NCBI GenBank assembly: GCA_020633845.1
Contig: JACKCW010000001.1
Coordinates: 206,250-270,249, forward strand
Reading direction: 5' to 3'
Source: Bacillales bacterium
GTDB taxonomy: Bacteria > Bacillota_I > Bacilli_A > Izemoplasmatales > UBA1188
DNA: 64,000 bases
Shown here: in pieces, positions 45,018 to 54,133 of the stretch
Layout of the letters: each line of letters opens with the position of its first letter
Numbering within the stretch: the first letter of the stretch is position 1
Made by a program: the position numbers and the translations under genes
The notes under the pieces: generated by a model
What the model was told of the DNA's origin: nothing
Database searches by the model: none
What the model saw: the letters and a program-made list of their open reading frames with translations, nothing else

Positions 45018-45806
45018 ATGCTTATGAAAACAATATACTATAGAGATGAATTGAACGATGATTTTGCCCCATCAAACGGAAAAATCAAAGTCAAGAAAAT
45101 CGGAGATAAATACAAATACGTCCACAAAAGCCCTTTGTGGAAGTTTTTTGAGATTTTAATATATCGTCTTATCGCAACTCCAATCGGCTTTCTTATTTGT
45201 TTTTTCGGGTTTGGAACCAGAATCAAAAACAAAAAAGTTTTAAGAAAAATGAAAGGTTCTTATTTCATTTACGGAAATCATACGAATTCTCTTCACGATT
45301 CCTTTGCGCCCACCCTTTTTTCTTTCCCGAAAAGAGTCAGAATCATTACTTCTCCGGACGCCGTTTCAATTAAGGGAATCGGCAGTCTCGTAAATATGAT
45401 GGGGGCTATCCCGCTCCCCTCCGACATGAAGGCCAGCGTTAATTTCCTTGAAGCTTTAAATTACGCCGTGAAAAAAAGAAATGCGATTATGATTTACCCT
45501 GAAGCACATATTTGGCCGTATTATAATAAGATTCGCCCTTTTAAAGATGCATCCTTTATTTACCCGGTCAAGATGTCGCTTCCGGCTATTCCGGTGACCA
45601 CGGTTTATAAACAAAGAAAAATCTTTAAAAAGATGTACCCGCGAATTGTGTTATATATCGGAGAGGCGGTATACCCTAATAAAGACCTTCCGGTTAACCT
45701 CGCAAGAGAAGATATGCGAGACAGGGTTTATAACGAAATGGTTAAGACCGTAAAAGAAAAGGAAAGTTTTGAATATATCAGATACGAAAAAGAAAAAGAG
45801 TCCTAG
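45018..45806 (+). CDS. lysophospholipid (1-acyl-glycerol-3-phosphate type) acyltransferase family protein
   Basis: N-terminal TM segment; GNHTNSLHD acyltransferase block and YPEAHIW block. The ATG at 45018 (or 45024) lies 3 nt after the tRNA CCA. The ORF-track N-terminus (44931) is just the tRNA read as protein. Confidence 0.75.
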   Translation: MLMKTIYYRDELNDDFAPSNGKIKVKKIGDKYKYVHKSPLWKFFEILIYRLIATPIGFLICFFGFGTRIKNKKVLRKMKGSYFIYGNHTNSLHDSFAPTLFSFPKRVRIITSPDAVSIKGIGSLVNMMGAIPLPSDMKASVNFLEALNYAVKKRNAIMIYPEAHIWPYYNKIRPFKDASFIYPVKMSLPAIPVTTVYKQRKIFKKMYPRIVLYIGEAVYPNKDLPVNLAREDMRDRVYNEMVKTVKEKESFEYIRYEKEKES

Positions 45807-45821
45807 TCGGAACTCTTTTTT
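45793..45821. terminator. bidirectional hairpin spanning the overlapping convergent stop codons
   Basis: aaaaagagt-(10 nt loop)-actcttttt. The loop contains both stop codons (45803-45806). Confidence 0.55.
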
Positions 45822-46219
45822 ATTTCGCTTTCTAGATATTCTATTACAACTTTTCTGGTGATGATGCCGATAAAATTTTCTCTATCGTCAAGGACGGGGA
45901 CAAAATTTTGATTCACAATGATATCTAAAAGATCAATCATATTTTTGTAGACGTGAATAGCCCGTATGTCTTTTAATGAAGGTACATCTTTGATTGATGC
46001 GTCTTCCGCGCGTTCTAGATTCAGATTTTCTTTCTTGATGAATCTTAAGAGATCGCCCTCGGAGATACTCTTAAGATATTTACCCTCCTTGGAAAGAACC
46101 GGAATCGAAGCGTAATTGTGATATTCCATTTTTTCAATGGCCTGTCTTACCGTGTCGCCCTCAAGAAGATATTCGACCTCGGCCTTAGGCGTTAAGAAGA
46201 AAAGTATATTTTTATCCAT
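45803..46219 (-). CDS. CBS-domain pair protein
   Basis: 138 aa with two CBS-like repeats (ASIPVLSKEGKYLKSISEGDLL; FVPVLDDRENFIGIITRKVV). Confidence 0.8.
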   Translation of the reverse strand: MDKNILFFLTPKAEVEYLLEGDTVRQAIEKMEYHNYASIPVLSKEGKYLKSISEGDLLRFIKKENLNLERAEDASIKDVPSLKDIRAIHVYKNMIDLLDIIVNQNFVPVLDDRENFIGIITRKVVIEYLESEIKKSSD

Positions 46220-46329
46220 ATACCTATATTATACAAGAAAGATTTTATTTTGATAAGAAAAGCTTAATTCTTGATAGAAGAGGAAATTTAATATATACTC
46301 TAAAATAAAGATACGAAAGGAGATTTTTT

Positions 46330-46488
46330 ATGAAAAAGTACGTATGTCAAGTTTGCGGTTTTGTGTATGACGAAGAACAGGGAGACCCGGCTAACGGTAT
46401 AGCTCCTGGTACAAAATTTGAAGATCTACCGGAAGATTGGACTTGCCCGGTTTGCGGCGCGCCTAAAGCTAAATTCAAAGAAGAATAA
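46330..46488 (+). CDS. rubredoxin (52 aa; below the ORF-track length cut-off)
   Basis: My translation is [52 protein letters not shown], with CxxCG and CPxCG motifs. RBS AAAGGAG. Confidence 0.9.
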   Translation: MKKYVCQVCGFVYDEEQGDPANGIAPGTKFEDLPEDWTCPVCGAPKAKFKEE

Positions 46489-46515
46489 AAAAACGAGCTG
46501 AGAGCTCGTTTTTTT
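46487..46515. terminator. bidirectional intrinsic terminator
   Basis: A7-cgagct-gag-agctcg-T7. Confidence 0.85.
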
Positions 46516-47596
46516 AAAGAAGAAGGCTTTTATCTTCTCCCATCCCTAACATTCCGTCCAGGATATATTTTTCGCCGTTTTCATCTAAAACATAACCTTT
46601 AAGCGTACCGAATGTTATATAGTAATCAATATTTATCACTAGAGCGTGGACCACCATCGCATTTATGGCGTCGATTTCAAAAACGACATCTACCATTCCG
46701 TGCTCGTCTTTGATTTCCCATTCAATTTTGCCTTTTTCCTTAAACATAGAAGAAGGTGTTTTTTTATTGAAGACGACCGGAGGAAGAAGACTGGTTTTGT
46801 TTTCGAGCCAAATCAGGTTCTCGTTATAATCGTCCTGGTTTATCGATTGGTTTCTTGTAAGATTAAACGCAAACCATTTCTTTTCTTTATTATGAACGTT
46901 AACGCCCATCGTCGTTACCCAGTCATAATGAGATTTTCTCGGATAGTAACCTCTATGATCGTCGACAATCGCGGTCGTTTCTTTATCTGATTTTATCGTC
47001 TCGCCGTTAAGGGTAAGCGATCCTTCGGCTTTAAAGAAGTCTTTTTGGCTGTATAAAGGTCTGTTGTCTCCGAAAGGAATAGAAACTATTGAAGGATTAG
47101 AAAGTCTTTTAAGGACAAATGAATAGACGATCTTATTGTCTTTATCTTCGTGATATCCTTCAATCCGGCATTCGCCTTGATCAAAATTATTGGTATAGGT
47201 GATTCTGGTATTTTTAGCTTCGGCTTTGGTTTCTTCGCCGCCTTTTAGATTAGGCGCAATCACGACGCTTTTAGAAGGCATATTGGTTTGCCAACTGTAT
47301 ACTTTTTTATTTCTCTTATCATAAAAGACATGAAAAACGGTTCCGAAAATTCCCATATCGGAGGCGGCGGCTAAAAGAACACCTTCTTTAAGGTTAATTT
47401 CGGTAGCTTCCCAAAGGGTTAATTTTTTCTTATTCAGAAAATCAGGAGCCTCGGTTGGCTTTTTAAGCGAAACTAAATCCATGGCGTCAAACTCTTTATT
47501 AAAAGTTCCGAAAACGGCTTTTCCGTTTTCCGCGAGATTCTTCGGTGTTTCTACGCTTCTTCTTTTTTCGGATATGAATTTACTGTATTCCCCCAT
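46514..47596 (-). CDS. conserved hypothetical cytoplasmic protein (possibly DUF2804-like; family call from memory only)
   Basis: Clean 360-aa ORF with RBS AAAGGAGAAAG. No catalytic motif recognised. Confidence 0.6.
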   Translation of the reverse strand: MGEYSKFISEKRRSVETPKNLAENGKAVFGTFNKEFDAMDLVSLKKPTEAPDFLNKKKLTLWEATEINLKEGVLLAAASDMGIFGTVFHVFYDKRNKKVYSWQTNMPSKSVVIAPNLKGGEETKAEAKNTRITYTNNFDQGECRIEGYHEDKDNKIVYSFVLKRLSNPSIVSIPFGDNRPLYSQKDFFKAEGSLTLNGETIKSDKETTAIVDDHRGYYPRKSHYDWVTTMGVNVHNKEKKWFAFNLTRNQSINQDDYNENLIWLENKTSLLPPVVFNKKTPSSMFKEKGKIEWEIKDEHGMVDVVFEIDAINAMVVHALVINIDYYITFGTLKGYVLDENGEKYILDGMLGMGEDKSLLL

Positions 47597-47674
47597 ACTT
47601 TCTCCTTTTAAATGTTTTCTCTAAGATAATTTTACACTTATCCGGCTTTTTATTCAATAAAAAGTCGGTACTTA

Positions 47675-49666
47675 TTACTCCGGATAGGATAACCATTCGT
47701 CGTAGAGGGAATCAATATAAGTCATTTTAACGAGTTTAGCGAGTCCAGCTTCGTAAAACAGATCCTTATAATCCTCTCCGGTTCCGCCTTCTAAATAATC
47801 GGTAGTCGATAAATCTATCGAATACATCCGATCGGTAAAGAAACCGGCGAGTTCGGTAGAATAGAAAATACCGTCAAGCGGAGTTTTAAAGGAAAAGAAG
47901 GATGAGGAATAGTAATAATCTTCGTTATAGTCGATGCCGAGGAGATCTAAAATAGTTGGCACAATGATGTATGGAGAAGTGAAAGTCGTGATTTCGCATT
48001 CATCGTCTTGAGATAGACCATTTACTTCCTTGTATTTACTTGAAAGCGTCTCGTTATAGAAAAAGAGCGAGGTCTGATACTGATATATATCGGACGAGGA
48101 AGACGCCCCGGACAAAGTTTTTGATAGTTTTTGGTAATAAGCTTCGTGGTCGCCGTAAACAACGAACAAAGTATTATCATATTCCCCCGCGTCTTTTAAG
48201 GCGTCAATTATTTTGCCGACGGCCTTATCAAGATCCATAAAAGCGGAAATCAGATGTCTTAGGTAAGAGTAAGTGTTACTATCGAGATTACCGTAAAGCG
48301 GGTAATAAATTTCATCATAATATTGATCGAAAAGAGCGAAGTAACCTTCATCTTCAAAATAAGCGTCGCGCTCCGCTACTTCAGTATACCCGGCATCATC
48401 GGTATAAGGACCGTGAGTCGAAAGGGTGGTCCAAAAAGTGTAGAAAGGTTCATCTGTTGTGTACATGTCGCTAAGAACGATGTCGATATAATCGCTGTCC
48501 AGTTCGTAGTTGCCCCTAAAGTTCCATCGGGAAGTTCCGCTCGGGTGAACATCGTAAAATTCGTGTCGCCAACTCTCAAAACCGAATTGTCCCATCAGCG
48601 AATTTCTGGCATAAAGGCCGGCGCCGTCATGAAAGAAAGAAGTGTGATATTCATCATTTAAAAGATAAGGAAGGGTATAAGGATTATCTATTTGAAGCTT
48701 ATAAATACTGTTGGCATCGGTATAGTCGTAGTTATAATTAATATCGCTCGTCGGGTATGATCCCGCAAAGCCGATTATTTCCGAAGTTGCGGTTTTATTT
48801 TTAGAATAATTATTGGAAAAATTAAGACCTTCTGACTGAAGAAAGTAAAGATTAGGAGTTAACTCTTCGGAAATCGCCCCCGAAATACCGGTTTCAATCA
48901 TGATGGTAAAGACATTATACCCTGCAAGAAGTCCGTGATAATTAAGGTTATATTCCGAAGTGCTTCCTTCTGAATAGTCTATTGTCCCTGTGGTGCCATT
49001 CCCAAAAAGAAGCGAGGCTTCGGATAAATAAAAAGTCGTCATGCCGTATTTTTTAAAACAAGCGCTTTTTAGATAGGTGGTAGTAAAGTTTATTACCTCA
49101 TAGCCATCTTCACACCCGGATATCTCGACTATGTCTTCACTTTCCCGATAAATAGAAACGGAATTAACCTGAATCATTATTGTGGAAGTGAAAAAAACCA
49201 CCAGACTTAAAAGAATACCGGAAAGCAAATATGGTCCCGGATAAATTGGATCTTTAAAGAAATGGTCGACTAGTTTTGTGACTAAAACATAGCCGGCAAT
49301 AAGGGTAACGGCTGCTAGAACGAAATACCATTTTATATATGACCAGGAAAACACGTTTTCCGCTTCGCCAAGATATTTAATGAGCCCGATATAAATCATA
49401 GTCCCGCTTACAGTGTAGTAGGTGACATTCGCAAAGAAAAGAAAAGAGGCGAAAGTGATAACTATGTAAGTATAGATTCTTGAATATTTCATCGACTTGA
49501 AAAGAAAGAGCGGTGATAAAAACAAAAACTGATAAAACATATCCAAAAAGAAATACTTAGGAAACGGAGTGTACCCTAAAACTAATCGTATAAGAGTGTT
49601 AATTAATAAAAGGTAGATGTAGGCTAAAAGAAAAATCTGTCCCTTTTTCAATAATATTTTTTTCAT
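47675..49666 (-). CDS. LtaS-like membrane sulfatase-family (phosphoglycerol/alkaline-phosphatase superfamily) transferase
   Basis: About 5 N-terminal TM helices plus an extracytoplasmic sulfatase-type domain (TATSE..., STHGPY, YGDHEAYY). Confidence 0.75.
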   Translation of the reverse strand: MKKILLKKGQIFLLAYIYLLLINTLIRLVLGYTPFPKYFFLDMFYQFLFLSPLFLFKSMKYSRIYTYIVITFASFLFFANVTYYTVSGTMIYIGLIKYLGEAENVFSWSYIKWYFVLAAVTLIAGYVLVTKLVDHFFKDPIYPGPYLLSGILLSLVVFFTSTIMIQVNSVSIYRESEDIVEISGCEDGYEVINFTTTYLKSACFKKYGMTTFYLSEASLLFGNGTTGTIDYSEGSTSEYNLNYHGLLAGYNVFTIMIETGISGAISEELTPNLYFLQSEGLNFSNNYSKNKTATSEIIGFAGSYPTSDINYNYDYTDANSIYKLQIDNPYTLPYLLNDEYHTSFFHDGAGLYARNSLMGQFGFESWRHEFYDVHPSGTSRWNFRGNYELDSDYIDIVLSDMYTTDEPFYTFWTTLSTHGPYTDDAGYTEVAERDAYFEDEGYFALFDQYYDEIYYPLYGNLDSNTYSYLRHLISAFMDLDKAVGKIIDALKDAGEYDNTLFVVYGDHEAYYQKLSKTLSGASSSSDIYQYQTSLFFYNETLSSKYKEVNGLSQDDECEITTFTSPYIIVPTILDLLGIDYNEDYYYSSSFFSFKTPLDGIFYSTELAGFFTDRMYSIDLSTTDYLEGGTGEDYKDLFYEAGLAKLVKMTYIDSLYDEWLSYPE

Positions 49667-49712
49667 AATAACCCTATTATATCACAGTATGTGATACGGG
49701 GTTATGATACTC

Positions 49713-49741
49713 TTGCAAAGTTTACTGGTACATGCTAAAAT
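49713..49741 (+). promoter_or_regulatory. sigma-A type promoter of the rimP-nusA-infB operon
   Basis: TTGCAA, 17-nt spacer, TGcTAAAAT (extended -10). Confidence 0.65.
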
Positions 49742-49753
49742 GGACTAGGAAGC

Positions 49754-49780
49754 GTGAGTGGTGAAGAACCACTCACTTTT
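49754..49780 (+). promoter_or_regulatory. terminator-like hairpin in the rimP leader (candidate attenuator)
   Basis: GTGAGTGG-tgaagaa-CCACTCAC followed by TTTT. Lies between the promoter and the RBS/ATG at 49799. Confidence 0.55.
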
Positions 49781-49798
49781 CAATAAAAGAGGCATAAA

Positions 49799-50230
49799 AT
49801 GAATTTAGACGTTTTAAAAGAAAAAATATCACTAATCGTTAAAGAAAACGGGTATTCACTTTTCGCATTTTCTTATGAAAAAGAAAATGGAACCAATCTT
49901 CTTCGAATTATAGCTGATAGAAAAGAGGCCATCACTATTGATGACATCTCTTTATTAACCGAGAAGATAAACGCATTTTTAGATAAAGAAGACCCGATTG
50001 AAGAAGACTATTCTTTAGAGGTATCTTCAAGAGGAATAGAAAAAGAACTCGCTTATGAGGAAATAAGCGACTATATCGGAAGTTATGTTTTTGTAAAAAC
50101 TTACGATCAGGAACATTATGGTGACCTTATATCATTTTCCGATTCGGAAATATGTTTAATGAGCAAAAATAAAAAAATAAAGATAAATTATAACGACGTT
50201 ACTTTAATAAGACTCGCCGTTAAATTTTAA
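49799..50230 (+). CDS. rimP: ribosome maturation factor RimP
   Basis: 143 aa. LEVSSRGIEKEL motif. Positioned upstream of nusA. Confidence 0.88.
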   Translation: MNLDVLKEKISLIVKENGYSLFAFSYEKENGTNLLRIIADRKEAITIDDISLLTEKINAFLDKEDPIEEDYSLEVSSRGIEKELAYEEISDYIGSYVFVKTYDQEHYGDLISFSDSEICLMSKNKKIKINYNDVTLIRLAVKF

Positions 50231-50241
50231 GGAGAAAAGAA

Positions 50242-51303
50242 ATGGTAAGTCAGGAATTTTTCAAAGCGTTAAATGAAGTATGTGAAGAAAGAGGCTTAGA
50301 AAAAGCGAAAATTCTTGAGGCAATGGAAAAAGGCATCGTCAACGCTTTTAAGAAAGAAACAGGAACGGAAAACGCCAAAGTTGTGTTTAGCGAAGATAAG
50401 AACGAGCTCAATTTGGTACAGTATTTTAATGTTGTAGAAGATAATGAACTAGACCCGGAAGACCCTTCTAAGATTACACTTGAAGAAGCTAAAAAATATC
50501 GTAAAACCGCAAGGGTAGGCGACTACTTTGAAATCAAAAAGACACCGAAAGATTTCGGAAGAATTGCCGTTAACTCCACTAAACAGATTTTAAATCAAGA
50601 ATTAAAACGTTTAGAAAGAGAAAAGAGCTATGCTTTCTTTAGCGAACATCAAGACGAAATGATTACCGGAACCGTCATTAACGTCGGCGAAGATTATATC
50701 AGTTTTGACTTAGGCTATAACGTTTCCGCTTCTCTTCCTAAAACCGAAATCGCAAGAGAAGACGCTCATCAAGGTGCGAGAGTAAAACTCTATCTTTATA
50801 AGGTAGAAATGACCCCTAAAGGCCCGAAAGTATTTGTTTCGAGGTCGGATAAGAATTTAATCAAGAGACTGCTTGAAAACTATATTCCGGAAGTCAAAGA
50901 CGGAACTATAGAAATCTTGGGTATCGCGAGAGAACCGGGAGACAGATCGAAAATTTGCGTTATGACCAACGATCCTGATGTTGATCCTCTGGGTGCTTGC
51001 CTCGGCCCGAAAGGTAAAAGAATTAAAGACGTTATCGACGCTTTAGGCGGAGAAAAACTTGATCTATACGAATACAGCGATGATCCGAAACAACTTGTCA
51101 TCAACTCACTTAAACCGGCCGAAGTTATCGGAGTTATTTTTGATCAGAAAGCTAAACAGGCCGTAGCGATAGTTCCGGAAGACCAATTCTCGCTCGCAAT
51201 CGGAAAGAAAGGACAAAACGTCCGTTTAGCCGTTCAGTCATCGGGCTGGAAAATCGATATCAAATCGGTTCCTCAAGCCTTAGAAGAAGGTTTTGATTTC
51301 TAA
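50242..51303 (+). CDS. nusA: transcription termination/antitermination factor NusA
   Basis: N-terminal domain, S1 domain, and two KH domains (GACLGPKGKRIK; AIGKKGQNVRLA). Confidence 0.95.
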   Translation: MVSQEFFKALNEVCEERGLEKAKILEAMEKGIVNAFKKETGTENAKVVFSEDKNELNLVQYFNVVEDNELDPEDPSKITLEEAKKYRKTARVGDYFEIKKTPKDFGRIAVNSTKQILNQELKRLEREKSYAFFSEHQDEMITGTVINVGEDYISFDLGYNVSASLPKTEIAREDAHQGARVKLYLYKVEMTPKGPKVFVSRSDKNLIKRLLENYIPEVKDGTIEILGIAREPGDRSKICVMTNDPDVDPLGACLGPKGKRIKDVIDALGGEKLDLYEYSDDPKQLVINSLKPAEVIGVIFDQKAKQAVAIVPEDQFSLAIGKKGQNVRLAVQSSGWKIDIKSVPQALEEGFDF

Positions 51304-51304
51304 A

Positions 51305-51565
51305 ATGGAAGAGAAAAAAATCCCTTTAAGGAAATGTGTAGTATCTCAGGAAAGGCTCCCTAAAAAGGAACTTCTGCGGATTGTGAAAACGCCGGAAGGA
51401 GAAATCATAATCGACGAAAGCGGAAGAGCGAACGGAAGAGGAGCTTATCTAAAAAAAGACAAAGCCATCATCTTAAAAGCGAAGAAAACGAAGGCTCTTG
51501 AAAGACATCTAGAAAAGGCTATACCGGATTCTTTGTATGATGAAATGCTTAAAATAGTCGGCTAA
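51305..51565 (+). CDS. ylxR: YlxR/RnpM family RNA-binding protein (DUF448)
   Basis: PLRKCVVSQERLPKKELLRIV and GRGAYL motifs. Canonical position after nusA. Confidence 0.88.
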   Translation: MEEKKIPLRKCVVSQERLPKKELLRIVKTPEGEIIIDESGRANGRGAYLKKDKAIILKAKKTKALERHLEKAIPDSLYDEMLKIVG

Positions 51566-51569
51566 ACAA

Positions 51570-51869
51570 ATGAACGAAGAAAAAATATTAAACCTGGTGG
51601 GTTTGGCCATTAAAGCGGGAAAAGCGACTAAATCCGCTAGCTTAACCATCAACGAAATAAAAAGAGGAGAAGTTCTTCTCGTTCTCATGGAGGAAGGTCT
51701 TACGACCGACTCCGCGAGACAAATAAAAAACAAATGCAGTTTTTACGGCATACCTCTAATTGATACACTTAAAAACGGGAGCTTGAAAAAGGCGACCGGA
51801 GGAATACTGAATAACGTCACGGGTATACTAGACAAAGGAATCAAAGAGTCGATTTTAAAACTGCAGTAA
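51570..51869 (+). CDS. ylxQ: L7Ae-family RNA-binding protein YlxQ
   Basis: LVGLAIKAGK... L7Ae/L30e-like fold signature. Canonical position before infB. Confidence 0.85.
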   Translation: MNEEKILNLVGLAIKAGKATKSASLTINEIKRGEVLLVLMEEGLTTDSARQIKNKCSFYGIPLIDTLKNGSLKKATGGILNNVTGILDKGIKESILKLQ

Positions 51870-51880
51870 AGGAGGTATTT

Positions 51881-53767
51881 ATGCCAAATAAAAAACCAAC
51901 AACCGATGTTAGGGACAAAAAGAAATACGAAAATAACCGCAACTACAACTATAATAATTCATCTAGAAATAGCGGGAAAAAGTATTCTAACACTAAACCG
52001 GTTCCAAAAGTGAAGAAGCCTTTGTTTTTCTTCGACGGAATGACTGTTTCTGACATTTCGGAATCTACCAACATCAATGTTTCGGAAGTAGTAAAAACCT
52101 TAATGATGATGGGTATTATGGCGGCGCAAAACCAGTCTTTAGATAAAGACACCGCCGAACTCTTAGCCGGCGAACTCAAAGTTCCCTTTGAAGTCGACGA
52201 CACCAAAGATTACACCAATTTTGAAAAACTGGAATTTGAAGACGATAAAAAGGACTTAGTATCACGTCCTCCAGTCGTTACAATTATGGGCCATGTCGAT
52301 CATGGTAAAACAACTCTTCTAGACACCATTAGAAATACGAGAGTAGTAGACAGTGAATTTGGCGGAATTACTCAAGCCATTGGCGCTTACCAAGTGGAAA
52401 GAAACGGTAAGAAGATTACCTTTATTGATACTCCGGGGCATGCCGCTTTCACCGAAATGCGAGCGAGAGGAGCTAAAATAACCGATATCGTCGTTTTAGT
52501 AGTAGCGGCCGACGACGGAGTTATGCCGCAAACTAAAGAGGCTATTGACCACGCTCATGCGTCCAAATGCCCGATTATCGTTGCGGTAAATAAAATTGAT
52601 AAACCAAATTCCAATCCGGATAGATGTCGTCAGGAATTATCTGATTTAGGTCTTCTGCCGGAAGAATGGGGCGGAGACGTTCCTTTCGTCAATATTTCCG
52701 CCTTGCGCGGCACAAATGTCGATCTGCTTCTAGATACCATTCAGTTAGTTGCGGAAATGCAGGAATATAAAGCCAATCCCAAAAGAGAAGCGATGGGTTA
52801 TGTGGTTGAATCGAAACTGGATAAAGCCAAAGGCCCAACCGCCACTTTCCTTGTGAAAAACGGTACTCTTCATCCATCGGACATTCTAGTTTGCGGCGAT
52901 ACATATGCCAAAGTGCGCGTGATGTATAACGATCTTGGCAAACAAGTAAAAACAGCGCTTCCATCCGATCCGGTATCGGTTATCGGACTTAACGATGTTC
53001 CCCAGGCCGGAGATCAGTTTTTAGTTATCGGAGATGAAAGAAAAGCCAAACACATTGCCGAAGTCAGAACCTTCAGAAGTTTTTCTAAATCCAAAGAAAA
53101 AACTAAGGTTATATCTCTTGAGGACATGTTCTCAAAGAGTGATGAAGGCCTAGAAAACAAAGAATTAAAACTGGTTATCAAAGGTGATACTTCCGGCTCG
53201 GTTGAAGCGATGAAGGGTGCCCTTGAAAAGATATCCGTTAACGGAATAACGCTTTCTATCATCAGATCGTCGGTCGGTACTATCACCGAAACCGATGTTC
53301 TTTTAGCCCAAGCAAGCGGTGCCGTAATTATGGGATTTAATGTTTTGCCTCTCGCGAATGTTAAAGATTTTGCTAAACAAAAAGGTGTCCAAATCCGTCT
53401 TTACAACATCATTTATAAAGCCTTAGAAGATATTGAAGCCGCCATGAAAGGAATGCTTTCGCCGGTATTTGAAGATAAGTCTATCGGGGAAGCCGAAGTT
53501 AGACAAATATTCAAGATCTCAAAGATAGGGACCGTGGCCGGTGCCTTTGTCACAAGCGGCAGTATTAAAAGATCGGCCGATGTTAAAGTCGTGAGAGACG
53601 GTATTGTCATCTACGAAGGAAAACTTTCTTCTCTTAAGAGATTTAAAGACGACGTTAAAGAAGTTAAAAACGGTTTCGACTGCGGTATTATGATTGAAAA
53701 TTTCAACGACATTAAAGTCGGAGACATAATGGAATTTTCTGTAAGCGAGGAAGTCGAAAGTGAATAA
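51881..53767 (+). CDS. infB: translation initiation factor IF-2
   Basis: G domain: [22 protein letters not shown]. Confidence 0.97.
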   Translation: MPNKKPTTDVRDKKKYENNRNYNYNNSSRNSGKKYSNTKPVPKVKKPLFFFDGMTVSDISESTNINVSEVVKTLMMMGIMAAQNQSLDKDTAELLAGELKVPFEVDDTKDYTNFEKLEFEDDKKDLVSRPPVVTIMGHVDHGKTTLLDTIRNTRVVDSEFGGITQAIGAYQVERNGKKITFIDTPGHAAFTEMRARGAKITDIVVLVVAADDGVMPQTKEAIDHAHASKCPIIVAVNKIDKPNSNPDRCRQELSDLGLLPEEWGGDVPFVNISALRGTNVDLLLDTIQLVAEMQEYKANPKREAMGYVVESKLDKAKGPTATFLVKNGTLHPSDILVCGDTYAKVRVMYNDLGKQVKTALPSDPVSVIGLNDVPQAGDQFLVIGDERKAKHIAEVRTFRSFSKSKEKTKVISLEDMFSKSDEGLENKELKLVIKGDTSGSVEAMKGALEKISVNGITLSIIRSSVGTITETDVLLAQASGAVIMGFNVLPLANVKDFAKQKGVQIRLYNIIYKALEDIEAAMKGMLSPVFEDKSIGEAEVRQIFKISKIGTVAGAFVTSGSIKRSADVKVVRDGIVIYEGKLSSLKRFKDDVKEVKNGFDCGIMIENFNDIKVGDIMEFSVSEEVESE

Positions 53768-54098
53768 TAATTATCTTTTAAAAACCGAATCCTCAATTAA
53801 GAGGACTCTTTCCGACATTATCCAAAACGAAGTTAAAAACAACATCGGTTTTGTGACCATAACCGATGTGAGTCTTACTTCCGATTATTCTTATTTAACC
53901 GTTTATTATACGGTTCTTTCAATGAAGGATAAGAAGAAAGCAAAGGAAGGGCTGGAATCCTCAAAAGGTTTTATTAGAACCGCTCTCGCTTCTAGAGTCA
54001 AAATGAGAAAAGTTCCGGAGATTGTTTTTAAACTGGATACATCCTACGATAACGCAAGCCGTATCGAGGATTTAATAAAGGAAATACATAAAGACTAA
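53760..54098 (+). CDS. rbfA: ribosome-binding factor A
   Basis: GTG start 6 nt after GAGGAAG, overlapping the infB stop. VTITDVSLTSDYSYLTVYY and MRKVPEIVFKLD motifs. Confidence 0.9.
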   Translation: MNNNYLLKTESSIKRTLSDIIQNEVKNNIGFVTITDVSLTSDYSYLTVYYTVLSMKDKKKAKEGLESSKGFIRTALASRVKMRKVPEIVFKLDTSYDNASRIEDLIKEIHKD

Positions 54099-54126
54099 AT
54101 GCCAGAACTTGTTTTGGCATTTTTTA
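54098..54126 (+). terminator. intrinsic terminator of the nusA-infB-rbfA operon
   Basis: aatgcca-(9 nt)-tggcatt followed by a T-run. Confidence 0.8.
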
Positions 54127-54133
54127 TCCGAAT

